DNA from: Macrostomum lignano | Taxonomy: Eukaryota | DNA length: 64,000 nt | Assembly (NCBI GenBank): GCA_002269645.1 | Contig: NIVC01003985.1 | Location: forward strand, 2,372 to 66,371 | Reading direction: 5' to 3' | Part shown: positions 32,901 to 45,919 of the stretch, one piece after another | How the letters are laid out: each line of letters begins with the position of its first letter | Position numbering within the stretch: the stretch's first letter is position 1 | Program-made: the position numbers and the translations under genes | Notes under the pieces: model-generated | What the model saw: the letters and a program-made list of their open reading frames with translations, nothing else | Told to the model about the DNA's origin: nothing | Database searches by the model: none

Positions 32901-35900
32901 CGTCAGTGAGTCGCCCCAGGAGCTCTGGCTGAGCGGACCGTCGGTAGCCACTGTCACGAGTGTCGCCGCAAACGCCGACCAAGGAGAAGCCGAGACAGTC
33001 GATCTTCAATTCGATGAAGTGCGCGACATCAACGCTGACGAGCAGGACAGGTGGCTGGACACCGGCGACGTTGCGGACTGGCTGTCGGACGGCCGACTGG
33101 CCATAGTGGACCGGAGGAGGCACATGTTCCGTCTGGCCAGCGGGGAGTGGATCTCGCCTGAAAAATTGGAACAGGTGAGTTTGTTGTGCTGTTGCAAAAG
33201 TTGGTAAGAATTTTGACTGTATACACTATTGACGACTTGCTATTTATAGATCTATGGACCAAGAAGGGGATCTGTAGGGCAGCCAGTTTAAGAATTTGGT
33301 TGCGGAAGTTGTGCACACAGCTAGATTGATTAGTATCTAGTGTGTCACCCGAGCATTTTCGGCTGATTTTCCGAGCATGAATGGATGTCTGTGGTAAAAT
33401 CTCACCGAAAAGCATTAGGCCCAGAAATTCACTCATGCACGGTTTTGTGCATTGCTGAGAACGATGACTCATCCGGCAAAGGCCATCAGCGAAGCCCCAA
33501 AATCCCCTGGGTTAGAGCCACAGACACCAGCTGCTGCTGCTAATGCTTGAGAGCAGCAGAAGCTATAGTCTATGGTCTGAACCCGGGGCTTTCGCGGCTG
33601 GATCAGCAGAAAACATCAGATTTCATGAGACGATAAAACATAGATATGGGTCACAGACGAACAAGCTAGCGAGCAGAGCAGTGACAAAAGAATCCTGCCG
33701 GACAAGAAGCTGCATGGCAGTGGCCCGCGAAGCTCTTCTACGCCTTTTTCCCCCAATCATCATCATCGCTTCCTTGCCAGTTCTGTACAGTTTCAATTCC
33801 AATGAAATTCGCATTTTAATTTCTAGAAGCAGAGGCTCTAAGCTGATTAGGGCCGAATAAAGGCACTGGGATTAATATTTCTCCTGCAAAGCTACTTAGC
33901 AGGAGAGATACTGGTAATTATTAAAGATTTCATCAGCATGACTGATTAATCTTGTTGTTTTTTAGACGTGGCTAAGCTTATTGACTCCAGAGCTTGAAGC
34001 TGCGCAAATCAATGCTTTCGTTCGAACTTCCTGTACTTTGAAGACATTATTTTCGATTGCCAAACGCTATCAGACAATCAGCTATGACAATAACCTCGGC
34101 CCCATTATTCGGGGGGGGGGGGAGGGTTGAAACGGACCAGCTAAAAAATCCAAAACTACACGTAACTCAACAAGATAGTCGGAGAAAGGGCGCGGCTCAG
34201 CCAGTGGACCGTGTCTAACTAGCTCTCGCGCCGCGACCCCGTGGTTTGATTCCGTGTCATGGCCACATTCATTTGGGGCTTGTGTACATGCTTGAGGATT
34301 AAAAAGTCTGTGTGAGCGTGTGCACGAGTGCGTGCGTGTGTACAGTATCGGCGCGCTTGTACATGCTCAGGAATCAGCGGAACGAGCAGACTTGTAGGAT
34401 AAGGTAGCCGGTTGTGGGACGATGTCACCGCGAAGTTGCGCCAGGGGTGCCCACAACAGCCGCGGCCTACCTGCTTCATCGAAAGCAGAGCAAAAGTTTT
34501 TTTCTTTTTTGTATTTGATATTTCAAACGAAGGATTAAATTTGTGTCAGTTTCAAAACCGGATTTGAAAGAGTTTTACTCACTTTTGTCACGGCAAAATG
34601 CATCATAGAAGACAAAGCTGATTAACTAATCGAACACTAAGTCCCCCATCAAAACAATAATCAAAATCCTTTACCATACTCAGGTGTACTCAACCTGCAG
34701 CTTAGTCAGTCAAGTCTACGTCGATGGCGACGCAGAAGAACGCGGCACCCTGGCAGTTGTGGTGCCCCAGAGAAGCGCCATCATAGCTTGGTTCAGCGCT
34801 CGGAGACATTCGGCAGCAATGAATAGCGTAGCAAATCTCCAACACTGTGCGTCAGCTACATCTGTTGCTGCTGTCGATGCACTCAGCATGGAGGCCGTCT
34901 GTTGCAATGAAGACTTCAAAGCAGCCGTTCTGAGGCAGATGCTTGATGCTGGGAGAGCTGCCAGGCTGAGACCGTTCGAGCAGGTGCAGTGCTTTGCATG
35001 GAATATACTGGCTTGTGATTTGGGTTTTAAGTGGCACATGTACCACTGCTGTGTACATGTATGTGTAAGCAGGGTGCTTCACAAGCTCGAAATATCACAA
35101 TTACCAGTCTCTTGGTGGGTGCCCCTGTCTCTTGGTGGGCGCCCCTGTCTTTTGGTGGGCGCCCCTGTCTCTTGGTGGGCGCCCCTGTCTCTTAGTCGGG
35201 CGCCACTGTCTCTTGGTTGGTGCCCCTGTAACTTAGTAGGGCGCCCCTGTGTCTTGGTTGGTGCCCCTGTCTCTTGGTGGGCGCCCCTGTCTTTTGGTGG
35301 GCGCCCCTGTCTCTTAGTAGGGCGCCCCTGTGTCTTGGTTGGTGCCCCTACATCTTAGTCGGGCGCCCCTGTGTCTTGGTTGGTGCTCCTGTATCTTAGT
35401 CGGGCGCCACTGTCTCTTGGTGGGCGCCCCTGTATCTTAGTCGGGTGCCAGTCTCTTGGTGGGCGCCCCTGTATCTTAGTCGGGCGCCACTGTCTCTTGG
35501 TGGGCGCCCCTGTATCTTAGTCGGGCGCCACTGTCTCTTGGTGGGCGCCCCTGTATCTTAGTCGGGCGCCACTGTCTCTTGGTGGGCGCCCCTGTATCTT
35601 AGTCGGGCGCCACTATCCCTTAGCGGGCGCCCCTGTATCTTAGTCGGGCGCCACTATCCCTTAGCGGGCGCCCAGCTGTCTCGTGGTCAATTGATCGACT
35701 TGACCAACTCAACCATCGACTCAACGAAGACATCAATCAGTCACTTTATGCGATACCGGCTACTTAATAATCTATGTAAAAGTAGAGAGAGCCAATAGAA
35801 TTCTACGCAAAAGAAGACACTTCTAACCCCGGATTCTCCAGGTGAAAGACATTCTGCTCTATCCGACGCCATTCTCCTCCGACAACAGCCTGCTGACCTC

Positions 35901-35994
35901 CTCTGGCAAACTGCGCCGTTTCGAGCTGCGCAAGCTGTTCTGGGAGCAGTTCAACAGGATGTACTTCGATCTGAGGCACGCCTCCAGGTGTTAA
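26995..35994 (+). CDS. Long-chain acyl-CoA synthetase (ACSL1/5/6-like), 7 coding exons: 26995-27153, 27330-27485, 29065-29626, 31578-31666, 32260-33174, 34684-34983, 35842-35994 (about 777 aa)
   Basis: All introns GT-AG and phase-compatible. Motifs: SGSRPCLGWRK..FIWLSYQEV; CFTGGTCGAQRAVRLTHGN; HLSHLPLSQAFER; YGLAET; WLDTGDV; IVDRRRHMFRLASGEWISPEKLE; LLTSSGKLRR. Exon 1 and the exon 2 acceptor are less certain. Confidence 0.88.
29672..30075. repeat. 23-bp tandem repeat (CGTGACTTCACTGACTCTCCTAA), about 17 units, intronic
   Basis: Near-perfect 23-nt period starting about 45 nt after the donor at 29627. Confidence 0.95.
31000..31250 (+). mobile_element. tRNA-derived SINE with a CORE-like central domain
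   Basis: A box TAGCCTAGTGCAGG; B box GGTTCGATTC; then TTGAGCAAGACA..CAGTTCACCAAGCTGTAAAATGGG. A second copy lies at 36605-36816. Confidence 0.75.
35105..35680. repeat. 20/21-bp minisatellite (GGCGCCCCTGTCTCTTGGTG), with 41-bp dimers in the distal part; intronic
   Basis: Reverse complement resembles the 618-4243 unit; related arrays at 50507-50810 and 54690-55090. Confidence 0.9.
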
Positions 35995-36604
35995 TTACTA
36001 GTACGTACCATGGCTGCTAAATTGTAGTGAAATCTTATTTTTAAATGTGACTTTTTGATACTGTGGGCTGCTACATTGCCGACGGAACACAGTCCAATAT
36101 TGATAACACCTGAACTATATCACCAGCGCGAATCTGTTGTTTGTCATGCATTTGATGCATAAATAATCGTCCTTTCATAAACTAATTTTGCTTATAAAAA
36201 CGATGAAAAAAATAAACTGACAAAACATTATTCAATAAGCGAGTTTAGTGCTCTGCAGGATAAAAGTGGCTGACAATGTTTACAGGTTGCTGAATGCAAT
36301 ATAAATTTTAGAAACATATATAATTGGTGTACCGTATTACTGTAATCATCTTTGTACATAGACAAACAAATAAGATTTTAAAATTTACTTACATTCAATC
36401 AAAATACATTAACAAACGAAGCTGATAAGTGAGAAAAGTCAAGGCAGTAGCAGGTAACTTCAAACACGCAATGCACCAATAGAGCGTTTCAATGACTACT
36501 CATAGTATTAGTTATTGAACTGAATATAATATACAAGGGCTGTCAAAAAGTAGCTGATACTTTTGCCAATACATTTTCAATAGTCTAAATTGTATTGATT
36601 ACAA

Positions 36605-36816
36605 CTGCCCCAATTGCGCGGCGCACCTGAAGACTGCGTACGGCTGTTCAGTCCAAGGAATTAGGGGGGGGGGCATTTTACAGCTGGGTGAACTGAAGCC
36701 ATGCAGAGTCAAGTGTCTTGCTCAAGGACATGTCTAAATTGTTCCCTAATGGGTCCAGAATCGAACCCCCAACCTTTCAGTTGTAAGTCCTACGCTTTAA
36801 CTACTAGGCTCCAACC
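36605..36816 (-). mobile_element. tRNA-derived CORE-like SINE, second copy
   Basis: Reverse complement reads GGTTGGAGCCTAGTAGTTAAAGCG..GGTTCGATTC..CCTTGAGCAAGACACTTGACTCTGCATGGCTTCAGTTCACCCAGCTGTAAAATG. It shares the 3' part (GGACTGAACAGCCGTACGCAG) with 31000-31250. Confidence 0.75.
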
Positions 36817-37249
36817 TTCTCTGTGCAATCTAAGGAGGGACAGGGAACTCTTTTAGTGTACGCTTTTCAATGACTTCCGAACCTGTTGAATTTCAGGTGC
36901 GAATTCAAAACTATCACTGCTTTTTAGACGCCCGCCGTATACTTGTAATAATGCATGCACAGTTACAGATTCAAGTAATAAAAATAAACTAGAATTATGA
37001 TAACAAACTCCACAGAGTAGGCCAAAATGGAGCTATCATGAAAAAATTACAAATGTTTAATAAGATTCCTAAAATTTGTACATGGAAATATTCAATGCGA
37101 GTTTCAGCAACCTCAGGTTTAGCCAGGTGCCTGTCTGTCAGATCAGAGACCCGAGAGGTCCACCTTCCACAGTCAAGGGGGGTTTGAGACCGTCTTAAAT
37201 CTGATTCAATAGTCACACTTGTGACTCCCCAACTGCCACATGTGTGAGG

Positions 37250-37881
37250 GTCAAGGGTCACAATGGTCACACTTGACACAGTCCAAGGGTCACACCTGAC
37301 ACAGTCCCAGGGTCACACCTGACACAGTTCAAGGGCACAACTGACAGTCCAAGGGTCACACCTGACACAGTCAAGGGTCACACCTGACACAGTCCAAGGG
37401 TCACACCTGACACAGTCAAAGGGTCACACCTGACACAGTCCCAGGGTCACACCTGACACAGTCCCAGGGTCACACCTGACACAGTTCAAGGGCACAACTG
37501 ACAGTCCAAGGGTCACACCTGACACAGTCCAAGGGTCACACCTGACACAGTCCAAGGGTCACACCTGACACAGTCCAAGGGTCACACCTGACACAGTCAA
37601 GGGTCACACCTGACACAGTCAAGGGTCACACCTGACACAGTCAAGGGTCACACCTGACACAGTCAAGGGTCACACCTGACACAGTCAAGGGTCACACCTG
37701 ACACAGTCCAAGGGTCACACCTAACACAGTCAAGGGTCACACCTGACACAGTCAAGGGTCACACCTGACACAGTCAAGGGTCACACCTGACACAGTCCAA
37801 GGGTCACACCTGAAAGTCCAAGGGTCACACCTGACACAGTCAAGGGTCACACCTGGCAGTCAAGGGTCACACCTGACACAG
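37250..37881. repeat. 22/23-bp tandem repeat (AAGGGTCACACCTGACACAGTC[C]), about 28 units
   Basis: Clear period with single-C length variants. Confidence 0.93.
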
Positions 37882-37927
37882 ATTTACTAACAAGAATGCA
37901 GGCACCTGGCAATCAGGCACAGAGGTG

Positions 37928-39480
37928 CTACCTACGCTTGCTGTGCTTCACCACTCGGTCAATCAGCAGTGACACAAGCAGGGAGGCACCGGGAGATGAT
38001 CTGGAATCGTCAGTGAGCATGGCAGATTGCAGACAGTCGGGCAGCTGTAGCTGCGGCAGCAACAGTCTCAATAATCGAAGGATCCTTCGCCTCAAGCCAG
38101 CCGCACATCCGGCCGGATGCGAACACAGCGACACGATTGGAAGTCGGCGACTTCGCTTTCTCAATAGTTTGCGCCGGATTCGCTTGTCGAACTCGGCACG
38201 GCACCGATCGACTGCGGAGCGGCTGTCGTCCAGAATTGAGCACAGGGCCAGCAGCAGGCGGTCGGTCGATCTGGTTGAGCAGTCGAACTCAGAGCGCAGC
38301 TCCAGCTGAGGCAGCAGGGCGCACACCAGACGGAAGGCGGCCCGTCGTAGGTAGGCGATGTCAGCGTCAGCGCGGGCCGCCTCTGCTGCCCAGGCCGACA
38401 GACAGGCGGTGCTCCGGGCTGAGGACTCCGGCTGCTGCTGCTGCTGTGCACGCTTGGAGATGGTGAAGTTCTGATCGCTGATGTCGAAGATGTCGCCGCA
38501 GTCTTGGTCTAGCAGCTTTGGGGCGAAGTCGACGGGCACGTCGATAAAACCGTTCTCGTCTACGCTGGCCTGGTAGGATGAGGGCGAGTTTGAGGATCTG
38601 GGAGGCTGGCCCAGCAACTGAGGATCTGGGAGGCTGGCCCAGCAACTGACACTCTGGGAGGCTGGCCCAGCAACTGAGGATCTGGGAGGCAGGCCCAGCA
38701 ACTGAGGATCTGGGAGGCTGGCCCAGCAACTGAGAATCTGGGAGGCTGGCCCAGCAACTGACACTCTGGAAGGCTGGCCTAAAAACTCAAGATCTAGGAG
38801 TTTGGCCCAGCAACTGAGGATCTTGGGAGGCTGGCCCAGCAACTGAGGATCTTGGGAGGCTGGCCCAGCAACTGACACTCTTGGAGGCTGGCCCAGCAAC
38901 TGAGGATCTGGGAGGCTGGCCCAACAACTGAGGATCTGGGAGGCAGGCCCAGCAACTGAGGATTTGAGGCACTCAAACAGAACCGGCCTACCTGGATATC
39001 ATAGGACGCCTCGTACTGGTCTTCCCCATCATCAATAACGATAGTGTTGGCATTGGTCAGCAATCCAGACTGGTAGGTCTCAGTCACGTGCAGCACAGTC
39101 CTGGTCACGGCGGTGGCTGCTGTATCAGCTGAGGACGGAGCCAAGCCGGAGAAGTACTCAAAGATGTTGTTATGCAAAGAGGACTCAGAGGAGACCTCAG
39201 AGCAGCGACTGTCGGGTCCGCCGCGTACGTCGTTACCGACGGCTGGCAGATCTTTGCGAAACCGCTTGCTGGCACCGCCGCTAACTGGACAGCCCAGAGT
39301 TGAGTCCACCTCGTCGCTACTGGCAACGCACCCGGCGGTTGCTAAGGGGGCATCGTCTGTGTCTGGTACATCAATTAATAACGGCTCTGGGTCATCTATA
39401 GAGCCTATTGTCAGGCCGCAGCCATTGATGGTGGCATGGTTGTGACATGGCTGCGGTTGGGAGCGCAGCTGAGATGACAT
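37928..39480 (-). CDS. Two-exon gene of unknown function (exons 39480-38992 and 38569-37928, about 376 aa): acidic N-half with SIM-like motifs, helical C-half
   Basis: Donor CAG|GTAGGC at 38992/38991 and acceptor CCTACCAG|GCC at 38570/38569, both phase 0. GC-rich coding-like composition. Start and end are uncertain; more exons are possible. Confidence 0.6.
38592..38960. repeat. 28-bp tandem repeat (GAGGATCTGGGAGGCTGGCCCAGCAACT), about 13 units, fills the intron
   Basis: 28-nt period (38592, 38620, ...). Confidence 0.92.
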
Positions 39481-39879
39481 GATGAGGTTAGGTGAAATCT
39501 AAGCGGACAGGTTGTGAGAAATTGTGCAGTCAGTGCTAGCGCATTGTTGAATAGCTGCAATAAGAAAATTGTAGTAAACAAACTAAACTTTATACACATA
39601 ATATATCCATGCAGCTTATTGTTGTCTTTTATTTGCCCTTTAAGCAAGTATGTTTTAATGGCTCAAGCCAAATTTAAAGAAATCTAGTCTAGATCAAGGA
39701 CACTAGAACAACTAGATACGCCACTCAGGCATAATTCTAAAACAGCTTTCTACTTTATGTTCAGTAGCAAAGAAGAATACATAAGCTATTTTATAAAAAT
39801 AGACTAAAATTAAATAGAATAATAATTGCCAAGAATGTAAACTACGAGTATATAAGCTTGACTTCTTTTTATTTTATTA

Positions 39880-40228
39880 GAGGTAGGGGGGTTGTGTGCA
39901 CCCTGGTGCACTTAAAATGACATAGGCACACAACCGGCAAGAGGCATTACTGCCCATTCCGCCGACTCCCCTGAGCAGGCATACAAGCGCGCGGATACGT
40001 ACGCAGGCACACACTCACACAGGAGTGTACAGCAGCCCTAACATTATATTATTGTTAGGCATGTACACTTCACTGCACATTGGGGGGTTGGCTCTTAAGG
40101 CTGTTAATTGCACAAGCAGAGCCAAGCCAAGATTCCAATTTAGCCCCAAATTAATGTGACTGCACTTGGAATCGAGCCTGGGTTGCTGGCACACCAGAGC
40201 AGCTGCGCTACCACTGGGCTACGGCCCC
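39880..40228 (-). mobile_element. tRNA-derived SINE of a second family
   Basis: Reverse complement begins GGGGCCGTAGCCCAGTGGTAGCGC (A box), then GGCTCGATTCC (B box). Body differs from the CORE-like family. Confidence 0.6.
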
Positions 40229-40240
40229 CTCTAACATATA

Positions 40241-40398
40241 TGCGCAACCTTGAGAATCACTCAGCCATTTCTATTGGCAACACACACATGTAAGTTGTTA
40301 TTGGACGGAATAGTACTATGTGACTGCTCTCCACCAATAGCGACTTACATGTGTGTGTTGCCAATAGAAACAGCCAGGTGAATCCCTAGGTTGCGCCC
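40241..40398. mobile_element. Foldback MITE with a 37-bp core inverted repeat
   Basis: TTTCTATTGGCAACACACACATGTAAGTTGTTATTGG (from 40268) versus the reverse complement of 40334-40370, 2 mismatches; extends outward imperfectly to GCGCAACC/GGTTGCGC. Confidence 0.7.
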
Positions 40399-41829
40399 AA
40401 GCATGCCCTCTAAGCTTGACTTTACTACTAGCAAATTTGTTACTATTTGAATTAAGTTTGGCTTAAAAATCTAAGCTTTTATAAGATTCAATTCTGCATT
40501 TCTCCTATTACATCAAGTATAGAAAGCTACTAGTCTTGCTAGTACAAGAACAAAGCTCTGCAAATAATAAAGTATTTTACATTAAATATTTATTCTATAA
40601 AATTGCTGCAGCAATCTTTTGGATAATTATCACGAAGTGAAATGATCAAAGATTTTAACTTTTCTAGCATTCATAGAATAACTGATTTTAGCACTTTTAT
40701 AATTTAGCATCTTGTATATATTAAATTAATTTTAGATAACAATCATTTGAATATGAAAATGGCCTTAAAATGATTAGGCCCTATGTTATGAAACTAAAGT
40801 CACTTCTTATCAATTTAGCTTTCAAGCACACATAATACTATATTCTATAGCATATTTTTTATAAATGAGCATTTTCTATGTTATTTCAATTTCAGATGAC
40901 AACCATTTAAATACTAAAGTTGCCTTAAATGATCCCATTCCCAGGCTAAAGCACTTCTTGTCTTTGGTGTCTGAGTCTTAAATCACTTGCATATAATGTT
41001 TCAATTGAAATAACCAATTTGCACAGAGGTCTTAGCTTCAATTTGTTATAAAATCTGAAGAGAACTGATACTCTGATAATTTGAACAGCATGAATATATT
41101 ACCTTTTTCCCATTTTGGAAGATAACCATTTTTTATGTTATTAGTAAATACAAAATATGATTATTAACCAAGTCTATAATACTGATTAAAGGAAGTTAGC
41201 AATGTGGAAAAAAATTACAATGGAACTGCAAATACAAAAACTAAATTAATGTTCCTATTAAAAAAGTATTTATTGTTTTTTTTAAATAGAATAAAATTGT
41301 TCTATATGAAGAAACAATTTAGTAAAAGTTTTAAAAAGTAACAAATTTAACTTTATTGAGTTTAGTTTAACAGTTTACTATGAACTGACTTTGTCTTTGA
41401 TATTATATTTGATAAATACAAAAAGGTTGTTTATTGCTACAATGCCTCACGCCATAGACCCCATATAGAAAACATGATTATTGGCTGTCTACCATGTGTA
41501 ACTTCTATAATAGCCAAAAATGTTCTTGCATAGATGGCACCTCCCTAAGGCTATGGTGTCTAGCAAATATTTATATATTATGGCAAGTCTATAGTCTGGA
41601 TCATGCTAGGTGCACATCTGAACAAAAATTAAAAAATGATAAATACATACCAAAAAAAATTAATTATGCACCTATTTCTAATGGCTAAAACTATGTTGTG
41701 ACAAAATGACCTTTTTATATTGTCAAAAATAAATGACCTTTTTGAATTGCATAAGAGAACCTTTTTGGTAGATAATTTAGTTAATTTTTGTTTTTTAGCC
41801 ATACTGCATATAGTAGAAAATTGGGCAAA

Positions 41830-42375
41830 AGTGCATTTTTGTTCGCGAAATTATTTTTTGTTTAAATTTGAAAGTTAGAAACCAGAAAACAATAACAACA
41901 ATAAAATTTGATGTTTTAAACCATTCTAAAGATTGTGGCAGAGACCATGGCAGCCATCAAGTTGCGCGCATTTAGCTCTAGTTGCTGTAGAGTATTTGCT
42001 GGCAGCACTTCATTTGGCGGAATTATCCACGAGGGTCTTGGTAGTTGTCTAGCCATGATACAATATGTTGTCCAAAAGAAAAAGCAGATATTAGCAGCTT
42101 CTCAGCTAAAGGGAAACAGTTCAAGCCCTCCCCCTTACTTGAGCCCCTTTCAATTTTTTAAACTATTTTTTTCCATAGACAAATTGCGTTTTAAGTAGCA
42201 TTTGAACATGGCACAGAGATTTAATGAAAAAAGTATATTAATAGAGCACCCATTTGCTTTAAAGTTCCATGACCAGTGAGCTCTGACACAGTTGCTAAAA
42301 TAGTTTAAAACATTGTTGTTATTGTTTTCTGGTTTCAAACTTTAAAATTTAAACAAAAAATTATTTCGCAAACCA
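41830..42375. mobile_element. AT-rich MITE-like element with an about 70-bp inverted repeat
   Basis: CGAAATTATTTTTTGTTTAAATTTGAAAGTTAGAAACCAGAAAACAATAACAACAAT is mirrored at about 42300-42372. Confidence 0.55.
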
Positions 42376-44289
42376 AACTATACTATTGCCAAAAATTGAT
42401 ATATAAAAACTTTATTAAAAAGATTTGTTTAAGATTTGTTTTTATCTTAAAGCAAAGATTTGCTTTATTATTAGGCTAAGCCTAAGCTTAAAAAACTAGA
42501 AAGCTTGAAATTTAGGCTTAAACAGATTTTTTTTACTCTTTGTCTACTTAACACTTACTTTTCTATCTGATTCTATAAAGTAAATGCAAGGTGTACACAT
42601 ACACTATTTTGACATAGTTCTAGTTTACTTCATTATATTCCAACCCCCTACCCTTGAATAGAGGGCAAAATAATTTAACGCAGTAAACTAAAACTATGCC
42701 AATATTTTCTTAGGACAGGAGTAATACATACATACCAATTATGGCTATGCACATCTACTTTTTGCATGCAAGGCCAATACATACCCAAATTTTTGGGCAT
42801 ATACTAAGGCCTATATGATCCAGAGTATAGTGGTAAGTATATCATAATGAGTTTACTATTACTTAATTTACTTGTTAGAGTTAGAAGTATGTTAACCATT
42901 AAATCTCCCAATTTATTTAAACATTTAAAAGGTCAAGATAATAAGTGATAGACATAGAGGCCAGCAAATTTTATATTTTGAATATTTTTGCTTAATAAGC
43001 CAAGGCCTATTTTGAATTGATTCCTTCACTATAATTTTAATTTTAAAAAATTAGTCAGATTTTAGAATGATACTTTTTCTAAAAAAAAATACAAAAATTT
43101 AATATTGTTAATAAATAGCCCTGCCTGCACAGATAGCGCATTGATCGTCTCAAAAAATTCAGTTCAGCACATGCTGTACCTAGTTTTTGACTAGGGCCTG
43201 GGGGGTCCTGGCGTCCATCTTTAAGCCTAGGCTTTAGGCTATACCTATAATAGAGAAAAAGGACAGATAGGGGCCAATTAGTGCAGGCAATTTCTGACGT
43301 ACACTAGAATTGCCTGTCAAGCATCATAAACAGAGAAAAGGGCCTAAAGTCCTTGTTATAGGCCCTACACTATTGTGCATTAAATTACAATGGTGTTGTG
43401 TTGACGGACACCAATATTTAGCCGTGGTCGAATGATACGGATACGGTAAACCTTGAGAAAATAGAATGACATGAAATTTTAAATACATGCCACCTTTCTC
43501 TGAAAAAGTTTTCTGCTACAGCTTGTTTACTAAACGCCTCAAGCTTTCCTTTTTATATTTTTATACGTTTTTTTATTCGTAACAAAGTAAAATAACTTAT
43601 TTAGATTTTGTACCTATTTTAGAATTATCTTTTGTTTTACTATATGAAGAATAAAATTCATTAACTCAAACCGGCAACTGAATTTTAGGTCTTAAGTAGG
43701 ACGGAATACCTCGTTTTTTGGAAAAATTTAGGAGGCAGTTTTTCCAAAAGAATGCACTACGGAGATAGGAAGTATTCATTTTTCAGCACAAAATTGTTCT
43801 TGCTTTCGATAGGAGGCAGACCCAATGCCCATAGTTATAAATGATGTACATGTACAGTATGTTGTTGTAATTCTCTAGCTTCTTACATGTGTATTTTTTG
43901 TATTGATATTCATAAATCTTTTCGTTCTAAAAATTAAGATTTCATGTTGACTTTTTATTTTACGTACAATAATTCACTTGTAGTGCATGTCATGCCTAAA
44001 AAAATAAACCTAATTAAAATGGGATGACTCGATCGGTTCATTTGATTTTATGGATCCGTTTTATCATTCTAGGCTAAACGTTTAAGAATATGTGTAACAG
44101 CGAGAGGATGACTAATTTCCTAAACTGACATACAACTAGTGCAGTGTCATGAGCTTTGGATTCCAAGCCCGGCTGTACATTTCAATTTGTTTTTCTGTTT
44201 CCCTGTTTCCGCAGCCCCCTATCCCCAGTGCCCCACTAGTTCTCGAAAGAACTAGTTTATTTAGCTTTGTTAGCAAAATTTCTAACTTG

Positions 44290-44760
44290 TCACAACAACA
44301 AAAAATACGCAGTTAGCGTCACAGGGCGCGCTTCTCAAGGCCAGGTCGCGAATGAACGCCACACGCCCCCGGCCGAATCCGGGGCGCCGGCGTCAGCCGT
44401 TAGGGTGCCTGCAGGCGTAGCGTTAGCAGCAGCACCTCCTGCATCGGCTGTGGGCAGTACGACTCGTCGCGGATGATTTGGCCTGCCAGCTGGAGTCTCC
44501 GACGGCGCAGCAGGTCGCTTGGACGGTACCAGGCCAGCGCGGCGATACAAAGCCGCGTTGGTCACTCGCTCGTAGCCGAACTTGCCGAAGCAGGCCAGCG
44601 TGCGCCGCGTCAACTTGCTGCTCGAGCGACTCCGTCAGCGTCCAGGTCTCGACATTGTACAGCAGGACGGTCTCGATCACCGCCTGGAAAAACGCCGCCC
44701 TCTGGTGGTCAGGTAAGGCCTCGGACCTTGCCACACTAGCGTAAAATGGGGGGAGCATTT
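44290..44760 (-). mobile_element. 3' fragment of an RTE-like LINE
   Basis: FFQAVIETVLLYNVETWTLT..VDAAHAGLLR; YERVTNAALYRRAGL; RRRLQLAGQIIRDESYCPQPMQEVLLLTL. Frameshifted. Confidence 0.8.
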
Positions 44761-45919
44761 TATTCTGGCTTCCAGGCCAGTGGTGCTAGCTCTAGAAGTC
44801 CCTGGCTAGTAGCATTGCGCGTAAACATAAGGGAGCAAATTGGGGGGCTCCTTACTAAAATTCATATGGAGCAAAATCGATAAATCGAAATACGAGCATA
44901 GTTAGATGGAACTATATAGGAGGTCAAAGGGCACTGGGAGTGGTTCTAGCAAGTTCCAACACTATTTTGGTTTTCGTAGTTATGATATTTCAGGTTTGTG
45001 ATATTTTGGGTTTCTGATGGGCGTTGCTATTTTGTTTTTCAGAGTTATGCTATTGCTATTTTGGGTTTATGATGGGAAGTGCTTTCGGGATTGTGATTTT
45101 TCAGGTTTATGATGGCGACCCAATTTTGAGAAAAAGATACCTTCAGCTCGTTAATTCTGAACTGAGAAGGTTTTAAATTGTCGTTGCTTTTGACGAAAGC
45201 ATAATTAGGCAGAGATAGGGGACTTTCAGCACTTTGGATGCAGAGAAATTTTACGGTTAAATTTGGAGTTTTCGCAGAAACAAAGAAACAAATACAGAAT
45301 GAATTGAGAAATAAGTTTGGGACGCAATTCGCAATTTCGACTACTTGTTGTTAAACCATTGGTCAAAGTTTTAACCTCGGATCAGCCCAGGAAGGCTCTG
45401 CCGATGTATGATGTAATAAAAGCGAGTTATTTGTTATACGAAATTAAGATGTATTCGAAATTAGAAATTCAAATATTTGCATTTGGGAAGTAAAACAATT
45501 CAGCATTGCACTTAAAAAAAAGGGGGGGACAATCTTAATAGTGGGGATCCTCACAAAGATATGGACCGGTTACAATACAGGGAAAGTGCAGTCAATGTTT
45601 GGCAGTTTAAAAGAGAAATTAAAAATATTGGCGATGTTTAAGTTGATTTGATTAAATATATTGGGAGCATATACGAATAAAAAGAGCTACTATAAGTATA
45701 GCAGCCTTAAGGCAAAGTGATTTGTTTTAGGGTAGACAACAGTTTAGAAGTAAAAATTGTAAGTAAAAGCATATTGGTCAGTAAAAGTGCTTATTTTTTG
45801 TATAAAAAAGGCAAAAGCCGAGTAAAAAAGAACACATTCTGCCAAGATGTTAAAAGGCGAGCGTGTAAATTTCGACTACTTATAGTAACGCGCCTAGAAA
45901 CTGGCAGTTAGCTACTCTA

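Noticed and set aside
40400-44260. Long AT-rich stretch
   Set aside because: No coding signal or RNA gene recognised apart from one foldback; treated as intergenic or decayed TE sequence.
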